From Ignavibacteriota bacterium (GTDB lineage Bacteria > Bacteroidota > Ignavibacteria > UBA10030 > CAVZMI01): a stretch of 64,000 bases of DNA. Of this stretch, positions 28,395 to 38,448 are shown in pieces. A program made the translations under genes and the position numbers. Each line of letters opens with the position of its first letter. The first letter of the stretch is position 1. The DNA lies in assembly GCA_963776275.1 (NCBI GenBank), contig CAVZMI010000020.1, positions 96,001-160,000 of the forward strand, read 5' to 3'. Below the pieces are notes generated by a model. The model saw only the letters and a list, made by a program, of their open reading frames with translations. It ran no database searches and was not told where the DNA came from.

Positions 28395-30917
28395 GTGAGA
28401 ACCATTCACTCAACACTTCTACTTTCAATCGTCGTAATGATATCAACCATACATACAGCCCGGGCAGTACCCCAATATCCGGTTCATGTAATCCCCGAAC
28501 CTCAACGAATTGAATTGCAGCCTTTACTGTTCACAATTACACCGAACACAGTAATAGTTATCGGACGAGGTTCGACATATCGCGAATACTTTTCGGCACA
28601 ACAGCTTCAGGAAGAGATCAGACAGCTCTCGTCATATACCTTAAAAATTATCGAGGAGGGAAAACCGACCCTTCCAAAGAACTGCATCATTCTTACATGC
28701 GATACGGGATCGACATATGTCCGGGATGCCCAACTCTCATTTTCACCTGAGATGTTCAAAGAGGGATATGCTATATCTGTTTCTTCACATCGCACCATTA
28801 TTGCAGGTCAAACGTCAAAAGGTATTTTCTACGGGGTGATGACACTCTGTCAGATGCTGACAAAAGACGAAGATAAAATTGTCGTTCCTGGCGCGCGTAT
28901 TAACGATTGGCCGCTCATGTCGTATCGCGGTATCTCCGACGATATGAGCCGCGGGCAATCCTCAACGATGGAGAATCTGAAACGCATCATTCGAAACCTC
29001 GCACGCTATAAATATAATGTCTATTCCCCGTATATCGAGGACATTTTTGCTTTTGAAAAATACCCTTCGATCTGGAAAGGCCGCGGCGCGCTGACGCATG
29101 AGCAAATCAGAGAACTCGAAGAGTACGCCGACCAGTTTTATATTGAAATCATCCCGATCTTCGAAACACTGGGACACTTTGAAAACATTCTGCTAAAACC
29201 AGAATTCGTGAAGTATGCCGAATTCCCCGGCGCTCAGGTATTAAACACGACTTCGGAAGAAGCATATGCGTTTCTTCAAGATCTGATCGATGATATCGCG
29301 CCGGCATTCCGTTCACCCTACTTTAATATGGCGGCAGACGAGACCTATGATGTCGGACTCGGAGCAAGCAAAGAACGGCTGGCAAAATCAGATATCGCTA
29401 CGGTTCATGCCGAGCATTATCAGCGAGTCCTCCAGATGCTGAAAAAACACAATAAAAAGGTGATGCTCTATGCCGATGTTATCCTTGATCATCCTGAGAT
29501 TTTCGAAAAAATCACAAATGATTTTATCCTTATAGATTGGCAATACCACGCGTCGTTTTCCTATCCGACAATCGAAAAAATCAAGAAATTCGGATTCCCG
29601 TTTATTACATCTCCCAGCGTCCGGAACTATGTCAATCCTTTCCCCAATAACGCGATTGCCTTTCCGGATATCCAAAACGTGACGCGCGAAGGCTATCTGG
29701 CCGGCGCGATAGGTTCATCCGTTTCAAATTGGGGAGACTACGGCGGCGAAACGCTGCGCGAGCTGATATGGTACGGGAATGCATGGGGAGCCGAATGCGC
29801 ATGGTCACCGTTGACTTCCGACATCGGGAAATTCAACAAAAAATTCTTTGCCGATTTTTACGGAACGACCGGTGATGAAATGGCCACAATCTATGCCATC
29901 CTTAACGATCCTTTCAACCAGGAATTCTGGAATGAAATATGGAGGCATCCGTTTGTACCGCTGAAAGATGATTATCTGACATCGATACTACCTCAACGGG
30001 TTATGAGCATCGAGTCAACGATGCCTCTTGCACGGCGACTTCTCGATAGTGCAGAAAAAAAAGTGACAAAAAACCGCGATCACCTTGATTATCTCCGGTT
30101 TATTGTTCATCTGAACGAGTGGTTTGCAAAAAAGATCAAGGTGGCGGTCGACGTTAAACGGATTGCCTCGGAAACTCCTTTACAGAACGAGATCGATCAG
30201 ACTATTATCCGCTGTTCGGATGTGCGTGATGATTTAAAAAAACTCAAAGAGGAATTCAACGCGGCGTGGCTGAAAAATTATCGTCCGGACAACCTTGACC
30301 TTTTACTAAAGCGGTATGATTACCAGATATCATACTGGCAGGAAAAGATCGACGAACTGCGCAGAGGCAACCGCGATGTGAATCCTCTTATCGAAAGCGC
30401 GACAATTTATGCCCCCGGTTCGAATCCCGGTAAAAGAGATGTGCCGCAAGTGAAGAAAGCGTATTTCAGAAAAACCTTCTCGGTTGATTCAACTGTGACA
30501 TCAGCCCTTCTCCAGTTGATCGGTGATACATGGGCACGCGTATTTGTCAACGATTCGCTCATCGGCGAGGTGTACGGGAGGCGATCTCTTTCGCTGATTG
30601 TTGAATTCCAGCGTGTAAAACTATTCGATATCGCACCGCTGTTAAAATCCGGAAAAAACATTATAGCGGTTGAGGTTCAGAACTTCGACAGAAACGGTTC
30701 TGCAGGAGTGAACATTTACACCGAAATTACCACGTTAAAAGGAATGCAAAAAATACCCACAGATTCAACATGGAAAGTGTCGGAAAAAGAACACGGCAAG
30801 TGGACTTCATCATCGTTCAATGATTCATTATGGATGTTTGCAGCGGCGAAAGATAATGGAATGACCATCATCCGGCCTGACTTTGTCACACGCCGCACTT
30901 CATGGATTGAACGGTAA
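28395..30917 (+). CDS. GH20-family beta-N-acetylhexosaminidase-like protein
   Basis: IPEPQ, EGY, DWP..YRGISDDMSRG, catalytic DE (AADET); C-terminal beta-sandwich. Confidence 0.85.
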   Translation: MRTIHSTLLLSIVVMISTIHTARAVPQYPVHVIPEPQRIELQPLLFTITPNTVIVIGRGSTYREYFSAQQLQEEIRQLSSYTLKIIEEGKPTLPKNCIILTCDTGSTYVRDAQLSFSPEMFKEGYAISVSSHRTIIAGQTSKGIFYGVMTLCQMLTKDEDKIVVPGARINDWPLMSYRGISDDMSRGQSSTMENLKRIIRNLARYKYNVYSPYIEDIFAFEKYPSIWKGRGALTHEQIRELEEYADQFYIEIIPIFETLGHFENILLKPEFVKYAEFPGAQVLNTTSEEAYAFLQDLIDDIAPAFRSPYFNMAADETYDVGLGASKERLAKSDIATVHAEHYQRVLQMLKKHNKKVMLYADVILDHPEIFEKITNDFILIDWQYHASFSYPTIEKIKKFGFPFITSPSVRNYVNPFPNNAIAFPDIQNVTREGYLAGAIGSSVSNWGDYGGETLRELIWYGNAWGAECAWSPLTSDIGKFNKKFFADFYGTTGDEMATIYAILNDPFNQEFWNEIWRHPFVPLKDDYLTSILPQRVMSIESTMPLARRLLDSAEKKVTKNRDHLDYLRFIVHLNEWFAKKIKVAVDVKRIASETPLQNEIDQTIIRCSDVRDDLKKLKEEFNAAWLKNYRPDNLDLLLKRYDYQISYWQEKIDELRRGNRDVNPLIESATIYAPGSNPGKRDVPQVKKAYFRKTFSVDSTVTSALLQLIGDTWARVFVNDSLIGEVYGRRSLSLIVEFQRVKLFDIAPLLKSGKNIIAVEVQNFDRNGSAGVNIYTEITTLKGMQKIPTDSTWKVSEKEHGKWTSSSFNDSLWMFAAAKDNGMTIIRPDFVTRRTSWIER

Positions 30918-32026
30918 TGCGATTCTCTCTTCGAAATATCATCAACTACATCAGCAGTCTTGTCATCGCTGCGGTGTTCCTTTATCTTGCTTTCCGAGGA
31001 ACGGATTTCAATCAAATCTGGCAGGCAACAAAAAACGTCAATATCTACTGGACGTTAATGATTCTCCCCTGTTTGTTTGTGAGTCATTTTTTTCGTGCCT
31101 GGCGGTGGCAGTACCTTCTCATACCGGTGAAAAACCGGGTTTCGCTCAGAAACTGCTGGTCGGCCCTGATGATCGGATACCTGGCAAATAATGTTCTTCC
31201 CCGTGCTGGCGAGTTCGTGCGTCCGTTTTCACTCGGAAAGCTCGAAAAAATCTCGAAGTCCTCCGCACTCGGTTCGGTGCTGTTCGAACGGATCCTTGAC
31301 ATTCTTTCATTTCTCCTCATCCTGATCGTGATCCTTTTTTTCATACATCAAAAAGTGAGCTCGGCATTCCCTGAATTTGCATTCTTGGGATTCCGGTTTT
31401 CCATTATGACATTCGTAATTGTGTTGAGCATCATCGAAGCTGTCGGCACAGGAATGATCGGCCTGCTGGTATTCAAAAGAGAGCTCGGAACAAAAATTTT
31501 TGATCTTGTATTCCGTTTTTTACCCAAGAAGTTTTCTCAACGCGCACATCGGATTCTTCATTCGCTGCTCGATGGTTTCCTTTCGATGAAGGACACGAAG
31601 AATTATCTCATGATAATTTTACTGAGCATCATCACATGGGGTCTATACGCTTTTATGATGTATTTCCCCCTTCTGGCGTTTGAGAAAATGCCGCCGGATG
31701 CCCGGACACTCCCGGCCGCCATTGTTTTACTGGCCATTTCGAACATCGGGATTGTTATTCCCACACCGGGAAGTATCGGCACCTATCACTTCTTCGTCAT
31801 TCAAACGCTTCAGCGAATTTATTCCGTCGACGCCGGACAGGCAATGAGCTATGCCGTGGTGACCCATGCAATGGGTTTCATTTCGACGACATTTGTCGGA
31901 CTCGCCTATTTCATAAAGCGACCACCTCTCACTGAAAGAAACGCTCCAGGCCGACTTCAACTCCAACGCCGATCAGCCCGCAAACGGAGATCAATAACCT
32001 ACAATTTTTTCCGTACGTGGGGATAA
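30917..32026 (+). CDS. Lysylphosphatidylglycerol synthase TM-domain / flippase-like protein
   Basis: RAWRWQYL, NNVLPRAGEFVR, ERILD, PTPGSIGTYH; C-terminal tail may be frameshifted near 31915. Confidence 0.85.
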   Translation: MRFSLRNIINYISSLVIAAVFLYLAFRGTDFNQIWQATKNVNIYWTLMILPCLFVSHFFRAWRWQYLLIPVKNRVSLRNCWSALMIGYLANNVLPRAGEFVRPFSLGKLEKISKSSALGSVLFERILDILSFLLILIVILFFIHQKVSSAFPEFAFLGFRFSIMTFVIVLSIIEAVGTGMIGLLVFKRELGTKIFDLVFRFLPKKFSQRAHRILHSLLDGFLSMKDTKNYLMIILLSIITWGLYAFMMYFPLLAFEKMPPDARTLPAAIVLLAISNIGIVIPTPGSIGTYHFFVIQTLQRIYSVDAGQAMSYAVVTHAMGFISTTFVGLAYFIKRPPLTERNAPGRLQLQRRSARKRRSITYNFFRTWG

Positions 32027-32107
32027 TGGACGGTTTGCCCATGAGTCAAATCCTTTGTATATTTTCTGCTGCCGGAAAGTCAGCATCCAGATTTTAGGAG
32101 GAAAATT

Positions 32108-32731
32108 ATGATGCTTTCTGTTCATCCAGAGAACCCTCAGGATAGGGCAATTACAAAAGCTGTCGAGATTCTCCGGAATGGCGGGATCATCGTGTATCCT
32201 ACAGACACTGTTTACGGACTGGGCTGTGATCTTCACAATAAAAATGCCATCGAACGTATTTACCAATTAAAAAGACTAGACCGGATAAAACCGTTTAGCT
32301 TTCTCTGTTCCGATTTGAAACATATCAGTGAATACGCAAAAGTATCGAACCATGCATTTCGGTTCATGAAACATCTTATTCCCGGTCCTTATACGTTTGT
32401 GCTTCCGGCAACACGACTCAAGACAATTCCGAAATCGGTTGTGAGCAAGCGAAAGAGCGTCGGGATTCGCGTGCCGGATAATAAAATCTGTCGTGCAATC
32501 ATCGCAGCGCTTGGTAATCCGATCATCAACACGAGTGTCACGGATGAGCGCGGAGAGATACTATCTGATCCGGTATATATCCAAAAGTATTTTGGGTATC
32601 AAGTCGATATGATTCTCGATGCAGGGATTCTTCCGACAATTCCATCAACCGTCTTCGAACTGACCGGCGATACACCGGTCATCGTCCGGAAAGGGGCGGG
32701 TGATTTTTCTCAAATCCAACAATATATGTGA
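32108..32731 (+). CDS. Sua5/YciO/YrdC-family threonylcarbamoyl-AMP synthase-like protein
   Basis: YPTDTVYGLGC, PGPYTF, GIRVP, PST. Confidence 0.9.
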   Translation: MMLSVHPENPQDRAITKAVEILRNGGIIVYPTDTVYGLGCDLHNKNAIERIYQLKRLDRIKPFSFLCSDLKHISEYAKVSNHAFRFMKHLIPGPYTFVLPATRLKTIPKSVVSKRKSVGIRVPDNKICRAIIAALGNPIINTSVTDERGEILSDPVYIQKYFGYQVDMILDAGILPTIPSTVFELTGDTPVIVRKGAGDFSQIQQYM

Positions 32732-32741
32732 GTTCATTGTT

Positions 32742-33845
32742 ATGAAATCAACTACACTTCATCGTATCGGCATTCTCACCGGCGGCGGCGACTGCCCCGG
32801 ATTAAACGCTGTTATCCGGAGCGTTGCAAAACCGGCAATGAATGATTTCGGAGCAACGGTCATCGGCATTGAAGATGGATTCGAAGGGCTGGTCGAGGGA
32901 AAAATGAGAATCCTGGCCAATACGGATGTGTCGGGAATATTAAGTCTTGGAGGAACAATCCTCGGCACATCGAATAAAGGCGATCCGTTCCACTGGCCCG
33001 TCGTAAAAAAAGATGGATCGGTGTCCATCATCGATGCCTCGAAAAAAGCTCTTAAGAACTACAGGAGGTGGCGATTGAACGCGCTCGTTGCCATCGGCGG
33101 CGACGGCACAATGAACATCGCCGATAAGTTAGGCAATATGGGAATGAATATCGTCGGCGTGCCGAAAACCATCGACAATGACCTTCAGGCGACCGATGTA
33201 ACCTTCGGATACGATTCGGCATTATTTGTCGCTACCGAAGCAATCGACCGCCTCCATACAACCGCATCGTCACATCATCGCGTGATGGTAATCGAGGTCA
33301 TGGGCCGTTACGCCGGATGGATTGCACTCGGGGCCGGACTTGCCGGCGGAGCCGATATCATTCTTATTCCTGAGATCCCGTTCTCTTGGGACATCATCAA
33401 TAAAAAGGTGATCGAGCGGAGCAAACATGGTAAAAGGTTCAGTATCGTCTGTGTTGCCGAAGGAGCAAAACCGGCAGGCGGCGATCTTGTCGTGAAAGCA
33501 TTCGATCCGAAACGTACCGATGCGAAACAGCTTGGAGGAATCGGCGAGCTTGTAGCAAAGCGTCTCACGGAAGATACAGGCGTTGAGACACGCATAACCG
33601 TGCTCGGGCATCTGCAGCGCGGAGGGAGTCCGACCCCGTTCGACCGTATTCTTGCGACAAAATTCGGATCGATGGCGTGCCAGCTTGCAGCGGCCGATCA
33701 GTTCGGCTATATGGTAAGCCTTCATGGAACCGAAGTGACCGGCGTTTTGATCAAAGACGCAATCGCGAAACAGCGTCTTGTTTCACCGAATGATCAGCTC
33801 GTTATCGCGGCCCGGGCTGTGGGGACCTGTTTTGGAGACCGGTGA
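32742..33845 (+). CDS. pfkA: 6-phosphofructokinase
   Basis: GGDCPGLN, GGTILGT, GGDGT, PKTIDND, MGRYAGW, LGHLQRGG. Confidence 0.95.
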   Translation: MKSTTLHRIGILTGGGDCPGLNAVIRSVAKPAMNDFGATVIGIEDGFEGLVEGKMRILANTDVSGILSLGGTILGTSNKGDPFHWPVVKKDGSVSIIDASKKALKNYRRWRLNALVAIGGDGTMNIADKLGNMGMNIVGVPKTIDNDLQATDVTFGYDSALFVATEAIDRLHTTASSHHRVMVIEVMGRYAGWIALGAGLAGGADIILIPEIPFSWDIINKKVIERSKHGKRFSIVCVAEGAKPAGGDLVVKAFDPKRTDAKQLGGIGELVAKRLTEDTGVETRITVLGHLQRGGSPTPFDRILATKFGSMACQLAAADQFGYMVSLHGTEVTGVLIKDAIAKQRLVSPNDQLVIAARAVGTCFGDR

Positions 33846-33887
33846 TAAATTCATTCTATTATCATCTAAAAATTGCAGGAGATTAAT

Positions 33888-34082
33888 ATGGCCCGAAGGA
33901 AAAAAGATGTTAGCCTTTTTTCGATAACGGTTGGAGATATACAGCATGAAGCAATTGAAAAAATTGGGAGAACTCTGACTCAAGATGAATTACTAATTGC
34001 CAAGAAAGGTCTGGAATATGGCCTCCATACTGATATTGACATTATTTATTCAGCAATATTTTATGAAATGATTGGTTCTTAA
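33888..34082 (+). CDS. Small hypothetical protein (paralog of 34166-34354)
   Basis: GGAG RBS; shares the ITxxDIQxxAxExxGRxLxxxE motif. Confidence 0.65.
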   Translation: MARRKKDVSLFSITVGDIQHEAIEKIGRTLTQDELLIAKKGLEYGLHTDIDIIYSAIFYEMIGS

Positions 34083-34165
34083 AAAATTATCATTAAATTC
34101 CGGTAGCATCGTACGATGGGTCAATAATTATATTCTAAATTGAAAAATAAATTATAAAAACCACC

Positions 34166-34354
34166 ATGACTTCAAGAAAACATATCTATTACATCACCAT
34201 TTCTGACATTCAGAATGTCGCAAAAGAAATACTTGGACGTAATCTTGATAACGAAGAATTTTTAAGAGTGACTGATAGACTGCTTGATAAAATTCAGTGG
34301 TATGATCCTCTCGAAGCGTTAATTCTCTCCGAGGGTAAAAGTTCTCACTATTGA
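34166..34354 (+). CDS. Small hypothetical protein (paralog of 33888-34082)
   Basis: ITISDIQNVAKEILGRNLDNEE. Confidence 0.65.
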   Translation: MTSRKHIYYITISDIQNVAKEILGRNLDNEEFLRVTDRLLDKIQWYDPLEALILSEGKSSHY

Positions 34355-34480
34355 ATTCTCGATAGGCTTTTATGACAAGATAAGTGTTTAAGGGAAAAAA
34401 TTAGTTGAATTTAACAGCGGTAATCTGCAAAAAATGAAATCCTGAGTTTAGCTAATCAATTTGCAACTCGTTCCAAGCAT

Positions 34481-34501
34481 ACCATGTCGAAAACCTCTTC
34501 A
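34481..34501 (+). repeat. 21-bp direct repeat of the fni 5' end (second copy at 36498-36518)
   Basis: accatgtcgaaaacctcttca is identical at both sites. Confidence 0.85.
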
Positions 34502-34685
34502 AGGAAGAACGATGAAAATCCAATTTAATATTACATATTTTTACACGATTGTATACAACAGCCGTATACCATTATGATAAAACTTATAATATAACGTACT
34601 CCTTTTCATAATAGCGTAATTCTAACCGTTTTCTAAGTGTTTCACCTAATAAGCAGTTTTACAAAATAATGAAATAACAAATATA

Positions 34686-34732
34686 GTGAAAAAACCTTGA
34701 CATTTATTTAATAATGTTATATTTTTTTACAC
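34686..34732 (+). promoter_or_regulatory. Putative sigma70 promoter with overlapping imperfect inverted repeat upstream of the abiE operon
   Basis: TTGACA at 34697-34702, AT-rich -10 near 34718-34725; gtgaaaaaa..acatt / aatgt..ttttttacac symmetry. Confidence 0.5.
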
Positions 34733-34759
34733 CTTAGTGACCTCTTGGAGGGTATTATC

Positions 34760-35566
34760 GTGGAAAAAAATATATCTATTCTTGGCCCGAAAGAGGCAGA
34801 ATTTTTATCTATTGTCTCCGCACACAACAAGCAGGGTTTTGGCATTAATACCGCTATTCAGTATTGGGGCAGTAGAGAAATCGCCAAGAAAAAACTTTAT
34901 CAGTTGGAGAAGAAAGGGTGGGTCGCTCGGATAGAGCGTGGTAAGTACTTGGTCATCCCACTGGAAGCGGGACCCACACGGCAGTGGAGTGAAGATTCCT
35001 ATCTCATTGCTGCCGCATTAGTGCATCCGGCTGTCATTGCCTATTGGTCTGCTATACGCCATTGGAATTGGACAGAGCAATTCCCGCGAATTCTCTATGT
35101 CCAAACTACACAACGGAAGAAATATAATGATCGAACTGTTTTCGGCGTCAAGTATGAATTCATAACTGTGAACAGGCGTAAGTTTTATGGGAACGTGAAG
35201 GAATGGCGCAGCGGTATACCGGTACTCGTCACTGACAAAGAAAAAACTTTGATTGACTGCGCCGACGATGTCGAGCGTGCCGGAAGTATCGAAGAGCTTT
35301 TAAAAGCTGTCAAGGCCTCGGTGGCCGAGATCTCGTGGCAGAGACTTCATGGGTACATTTCACGATTTCCAAACGGTGCTGTGAAGAAACGCCTGGGTTA
35401 TCTTTTTGAAAAGCTTATTCCTAATCTATCAGAAGAAGCCAGGGACATTCTTGAAAAATGGCAGCAATCGCTTAGTGCCGGAATAGTACCTCTTCAACCA
35501 TCGGGAAGAAAATCTGGAAAAATCGTCACTCGATGGCGTATTCTCGTCAATGCGGAGGTCAGGTGA
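34760..35566 (+). CDS. Type IV toxin-antitoxin AbiEi-family antitoxin / transcriptional regulator
   Basis: wHTH N-terminus (LEKKGWVARIERGKY), AYWSA..HW..TEQ, TDKEKTLIDC, KRLGYL. Confidence 0.85.
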   Translation: MEKNISILGPKEAEFLSIVSAHNKQGFGINTAIQYWGSREIAKKKLYQLEKKGWVARIERGKYLVIPLEAGPTRQWSEDSYLIAAALVHPAVIAYWSAIRHWNWTEQFPRILYVQTTQRKKYNDRTVFGVKYEFITVNRRKFYGNVKEWRSGIPVLVTDKEKTLIDCADDVERAGSIEELLKAVKASVAEISWQRLHGYISRFPNGAVKKRLGYLFEKLIPNLSEEARDILEKWQQSLSAGIVPLQPSGRKSGKIVTRWRILVNAEVR

Positions 35567-36408
35567 TCGACCAGAACGAAATACGCCGGATCGCCGGTTC
35601 ATTGGGAGTCGATCCGATGATCATAAATCATGATTACGTCCTCGGCTGCTTTATGCATTTTCTGAGTACTCAGGAGACTGTAAAAAAATCCTGGGTGTTC
35701 AAAGGTGGAACATCGCTTGCGAAATGTTACTTTGAGAATTACAGATTCTCGGAAGATCTCGATTTTACTCTCCTGAGCACCATCACAGAAGAAACGCTCA
35801 TAACAATTGTCGATTCTGCGAAGTCAATCATGCAGGAAGAAATCGGTATTCGCACTGATGCCGAAAAATCAAAGGTCGAGATTATCAACGACGAATACGG
35901 TGAGGAATCATTAGAAGCAAGATTTTATTATCGCGAACCATGGGATTACGCGGGTTCTCCTCGTTCAGTGCAAATTCACACAAACAGAGATGAAAAAATT
36001 GTCTTTCAAACGGTTGAAAAATCGTTTAAACATGGTTACTCTGATGGCAGTACCTTGCCTCATGTCTCAATCCAGACATATTCACTCGAAGAGATCCTTG
36101 TGGAAAAACTTCGGGCATTCTCGGGTCAACGCAGATACGCTATATCGAGGGATATATTCGATATTCATTATCTCTCGTCACAAAAGGTAAATATTTCAGC
36201 AACGATAAAAGCATTTGAAAAAAAATGTCGTGCTAAAGATTTGAAAATCGATGAATTACGTCTCTCGAAAGTGGAAAACCGGAAAGAGGAATATAGAACG
36301 AATTGGAAAAATCAGCTTGAACATCTTATTCCTAAAAATATTAAAGTTCCCTTTGAAGAAGCATGGAATACATCTATTGAAATGCTCAGGAGTGTGCTGA
36401 CTTCATGA
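35563..36408 (+). CDS. AbiEii/AbiGii-family nucleotidyltransferase toxin
   Basis: FKGGTSL, YRFSEDLDF, EEILVEKLRA, RDIFD; GTGA overlap with the antitoxin. Confidence 0.92.
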   Translation: MIDQNEIRRIAGSLGVDPMIINHDYVLGCFMHFLSTQETVKKSWVFKGGTSLAKCYFENYRFSEDLDFTLLSTITEETLITIVDSAKSIMQEEIGIRTDAEKSKVEIINDEYGEESLEARFYYREPWDYAGSPRSVQIHTNRDEKIVFQTVEKSFKHGYSDGSTLPHVSIQTYSLEEILVEKLRAFSGQRRYAISRDIFDIHYLSSQKVNISATIKAFEKKCRAKDLKIDELRLSKVENRKEEYRTNWKNQLEHLIPKNIKVPFEEAWNTSIEMLRSVLTS

Positions 36409-36500
36409 TGGTTTCATATATGACGACATATCATAATATTTGACTATTTCTTTACCGTTTGATATTCTAATCTCATTTTCATATTTTAAAAGAAAACACC

Positions 36501-37550
36501 ATGTCGAAAACCTCTTCACGAAAGAAAGAGCATATCGATATTACCCTCACCCACGACGTTGCGTTCAGGGGAAAAACAACGGGATTAGAGCAGTGGGAAT
36601 TCGTCAATAATGCATTGCCGGAAATTGACTTTACTGACATCGATCCCTCCGTTGAATTTCTCGGACACAAGCTCTCGTTGCCACTAATTATCTCCGGCAT
36701 GACGGGGGGGTATCATGATGCTGAACGGCTTAATCGCGGACTCGCCGAAGCTTGTCAGGCAAAAAATATTGCTATGGGTGTGGGAAGTCAGCGGCAGGCG
36801 ATGGAGAGCAATTTATTTCACTCTTCGTATCGGGTTGTCCGGGAAGTCGCTCCGTCAATTCCGCTAATCGGGAATATCGGGGCCGTTGAAGTCGCATCGC
36901 TGTCCGATGTTTCACCGATCGCGCGGCTTGTGGAATTAATTCAGGCGAACGCGTTTGCCGTTCATCTCAATCCGCTTCAGGAGCTCCTCCAGCCGGAGGG
37001 AAAACCGCAATTTGCCGGTGTTCTTGATGGAATCGAAATGCTCGTGCGGCAGCTCGACATCCCTGTCATCGTTAAAGAAATCGGCGCGGGAATTTCTGCC
37101 GATGTCGCTCAGCGTCTTCTCAATGCCGGCGTACGGATCATCGATGTAGCCGGCGCCGGGGGAACAAGCTGGGCCGGCGTCGAAATCATCCGCAGTGGTG
37201 AAAATCCGGCGACAGAAAAATTCTGGGACTGGGGAATCCCGACCGCGGAAGCACTAAGACAGGTCGTTCCCTTCAAGAACCGCTATCGCGATCTCAGTGT
37301 CATTGCGTCCGGAGGAATTTCAGATGGACTCGAGATGGCAAAAGCAATCGGACTCGGCGCCGACATTGCCGCTTCGGCTCGACCGATGTTAAAAGCAGTT
37401 GTGGATGGCGGAACCGAGGCCCTTGTTGCGATGCTCGATGAGTGGGATCTCGACTTACGCAGCGTGATGTTCTTAACCGGATCAAAAACTATTCCCGAAC
37501 TTCAAAAGGCACCGATACACCGACGCGATGAACCACACGCTCAATCATAA
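36501..37550 (+). CDS. fni: Type 2 isopentenyl-diphosphate delta-isomerase
   Basis: RKKEHI, GMTGG, GVGSQR, HLNPLQE, KEIG, GAGGTSW. Confidence 0.95.
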   Translation: MSKTSSRKKEHIDITLTHDVAFRGKTTGLEQWEFVNNALPEIDFTDIDPSVEFLGHKLSLPLIISGMTGGYHDAERLNRGLAEACQAKNIAMGVGSQRQAMESNLFHSSYRVVREVAPSIPLIGNIGAVEVASLSDVSPIARLVELIQANAFAVHLNPLQELLQPEGKPQFAGVLDGIEMLVRQLDIPVIVKEIGAGISADVAQRLLNAGVRIIDVAGAGGTSWAGVEIIRSGENPATEKFWDWGIPTAEALRQVVPFKNRYRDLSVIASGGISDGLEMAKAIGLGADIAASARPMLKAVVDGGTEALVAMLDEWDLDLRSVMFLTGSKTIPELQKAPIHRRDEPHAQS

Positions 37551-38448
37551 ACAGCCATATGGTCCAATTCTTGTATTCTGTTGCCTTTGTTTGATTTGGG
37601 GATCGACCTGGTTGGCCATAAAAGTCGGGCTTGATTATTTTTCACCCTTTTTGTTCGCAGGAATTCGTTTCCTCATCGGTGGATCTGTACTCGTGATACC
37701 GCTCCTGCTGATGGGAAAACGCTATCCCCGGGATATACAGGCGTGGGTATTTATATGCAGATTGGGAATTCTTCAAATCGTTATACCGTACGCGCTGGTC
37801 TTCTGGGGCGAGCAATATATTTCATCCGGACTGGCGGCAATATTGTTTGCAATTATCCCGTTCTTTGTCACCATCATCGCCCACTATGCAATACCCGGCG
37901 AACAGTGGTCGCTTATAAAATTTTCAGGAATTGTGGTGAGTTTCACAGGACTTATTATTATTTTTATTAAAGACCTGATGCTCGACTCACAATCTGTATG
38001 GGGCGGATGTGCAATCGTCGGGGCGGCGTTAAGTGCTGCGATAGCAAATGTTATCGGAAAACGCTCCGGTACACATTTTAATCCGCTAATCAATGTCTCT
38101 GTACAACTAAGCCTCGGCGGAATAGTACTGACCGCGCTGAGTCTCATCATTGAGCCTCATATGCGATGGTCTTTTGCTTTTCCTGCGATTGGCGCGATGC
38201 TTTTTCTGAGTTTATTCGGATCGTCGTTAGGATTTGTGGGATTGTACTGGCTTTTTACAAAAATGGAAGTGACAAAAGTCTCTCTAATTTCATTTATAAC
38301 ACCGGTTGTTGCTGTCCTGTGCGGTGCAATCTTTCTTGGCGAGCACATCACACTAAATATTATTGTCGGAACTATTCTTATTTTAACGGGCGTGTATTTT
38401 GTCACATTGCAGCGATCACATCATGCATCGACGTTTTCACACGATTGA
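37528..38448 (+). CDS. EamA/DMT-family transporter
   Basis: IWGSTW, two five-TM repeats, FLGE. Confidence 0.9.
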   Translation: MNHTLNHKQPYGPILVFCCLCLIWGSTWLAIKVGLDYFSPFLFAGIRFLIGGSVLVIPLLLMGKRYPRDIQAWVFICRLGILQIVIPYALVFWGEQYISSGLAAILFAIIPFFVTIIAHYAIPGEQWSLIKFSGIVVSFTGLIIIFIKDLMLDSQSVWGGCAIVGAALSAAIANVIGKRSGTHFNPLINVSVQLSLGGIVLTALSLIIEPHMRWSFAFPAIGAMLFLSLFGSSLGFVGLYWLFTKMEVTKVSLISFITPVVAVLCGAIFLGEHITLNIIVGTILILTGVYFVTLQRSHHASTFSHD

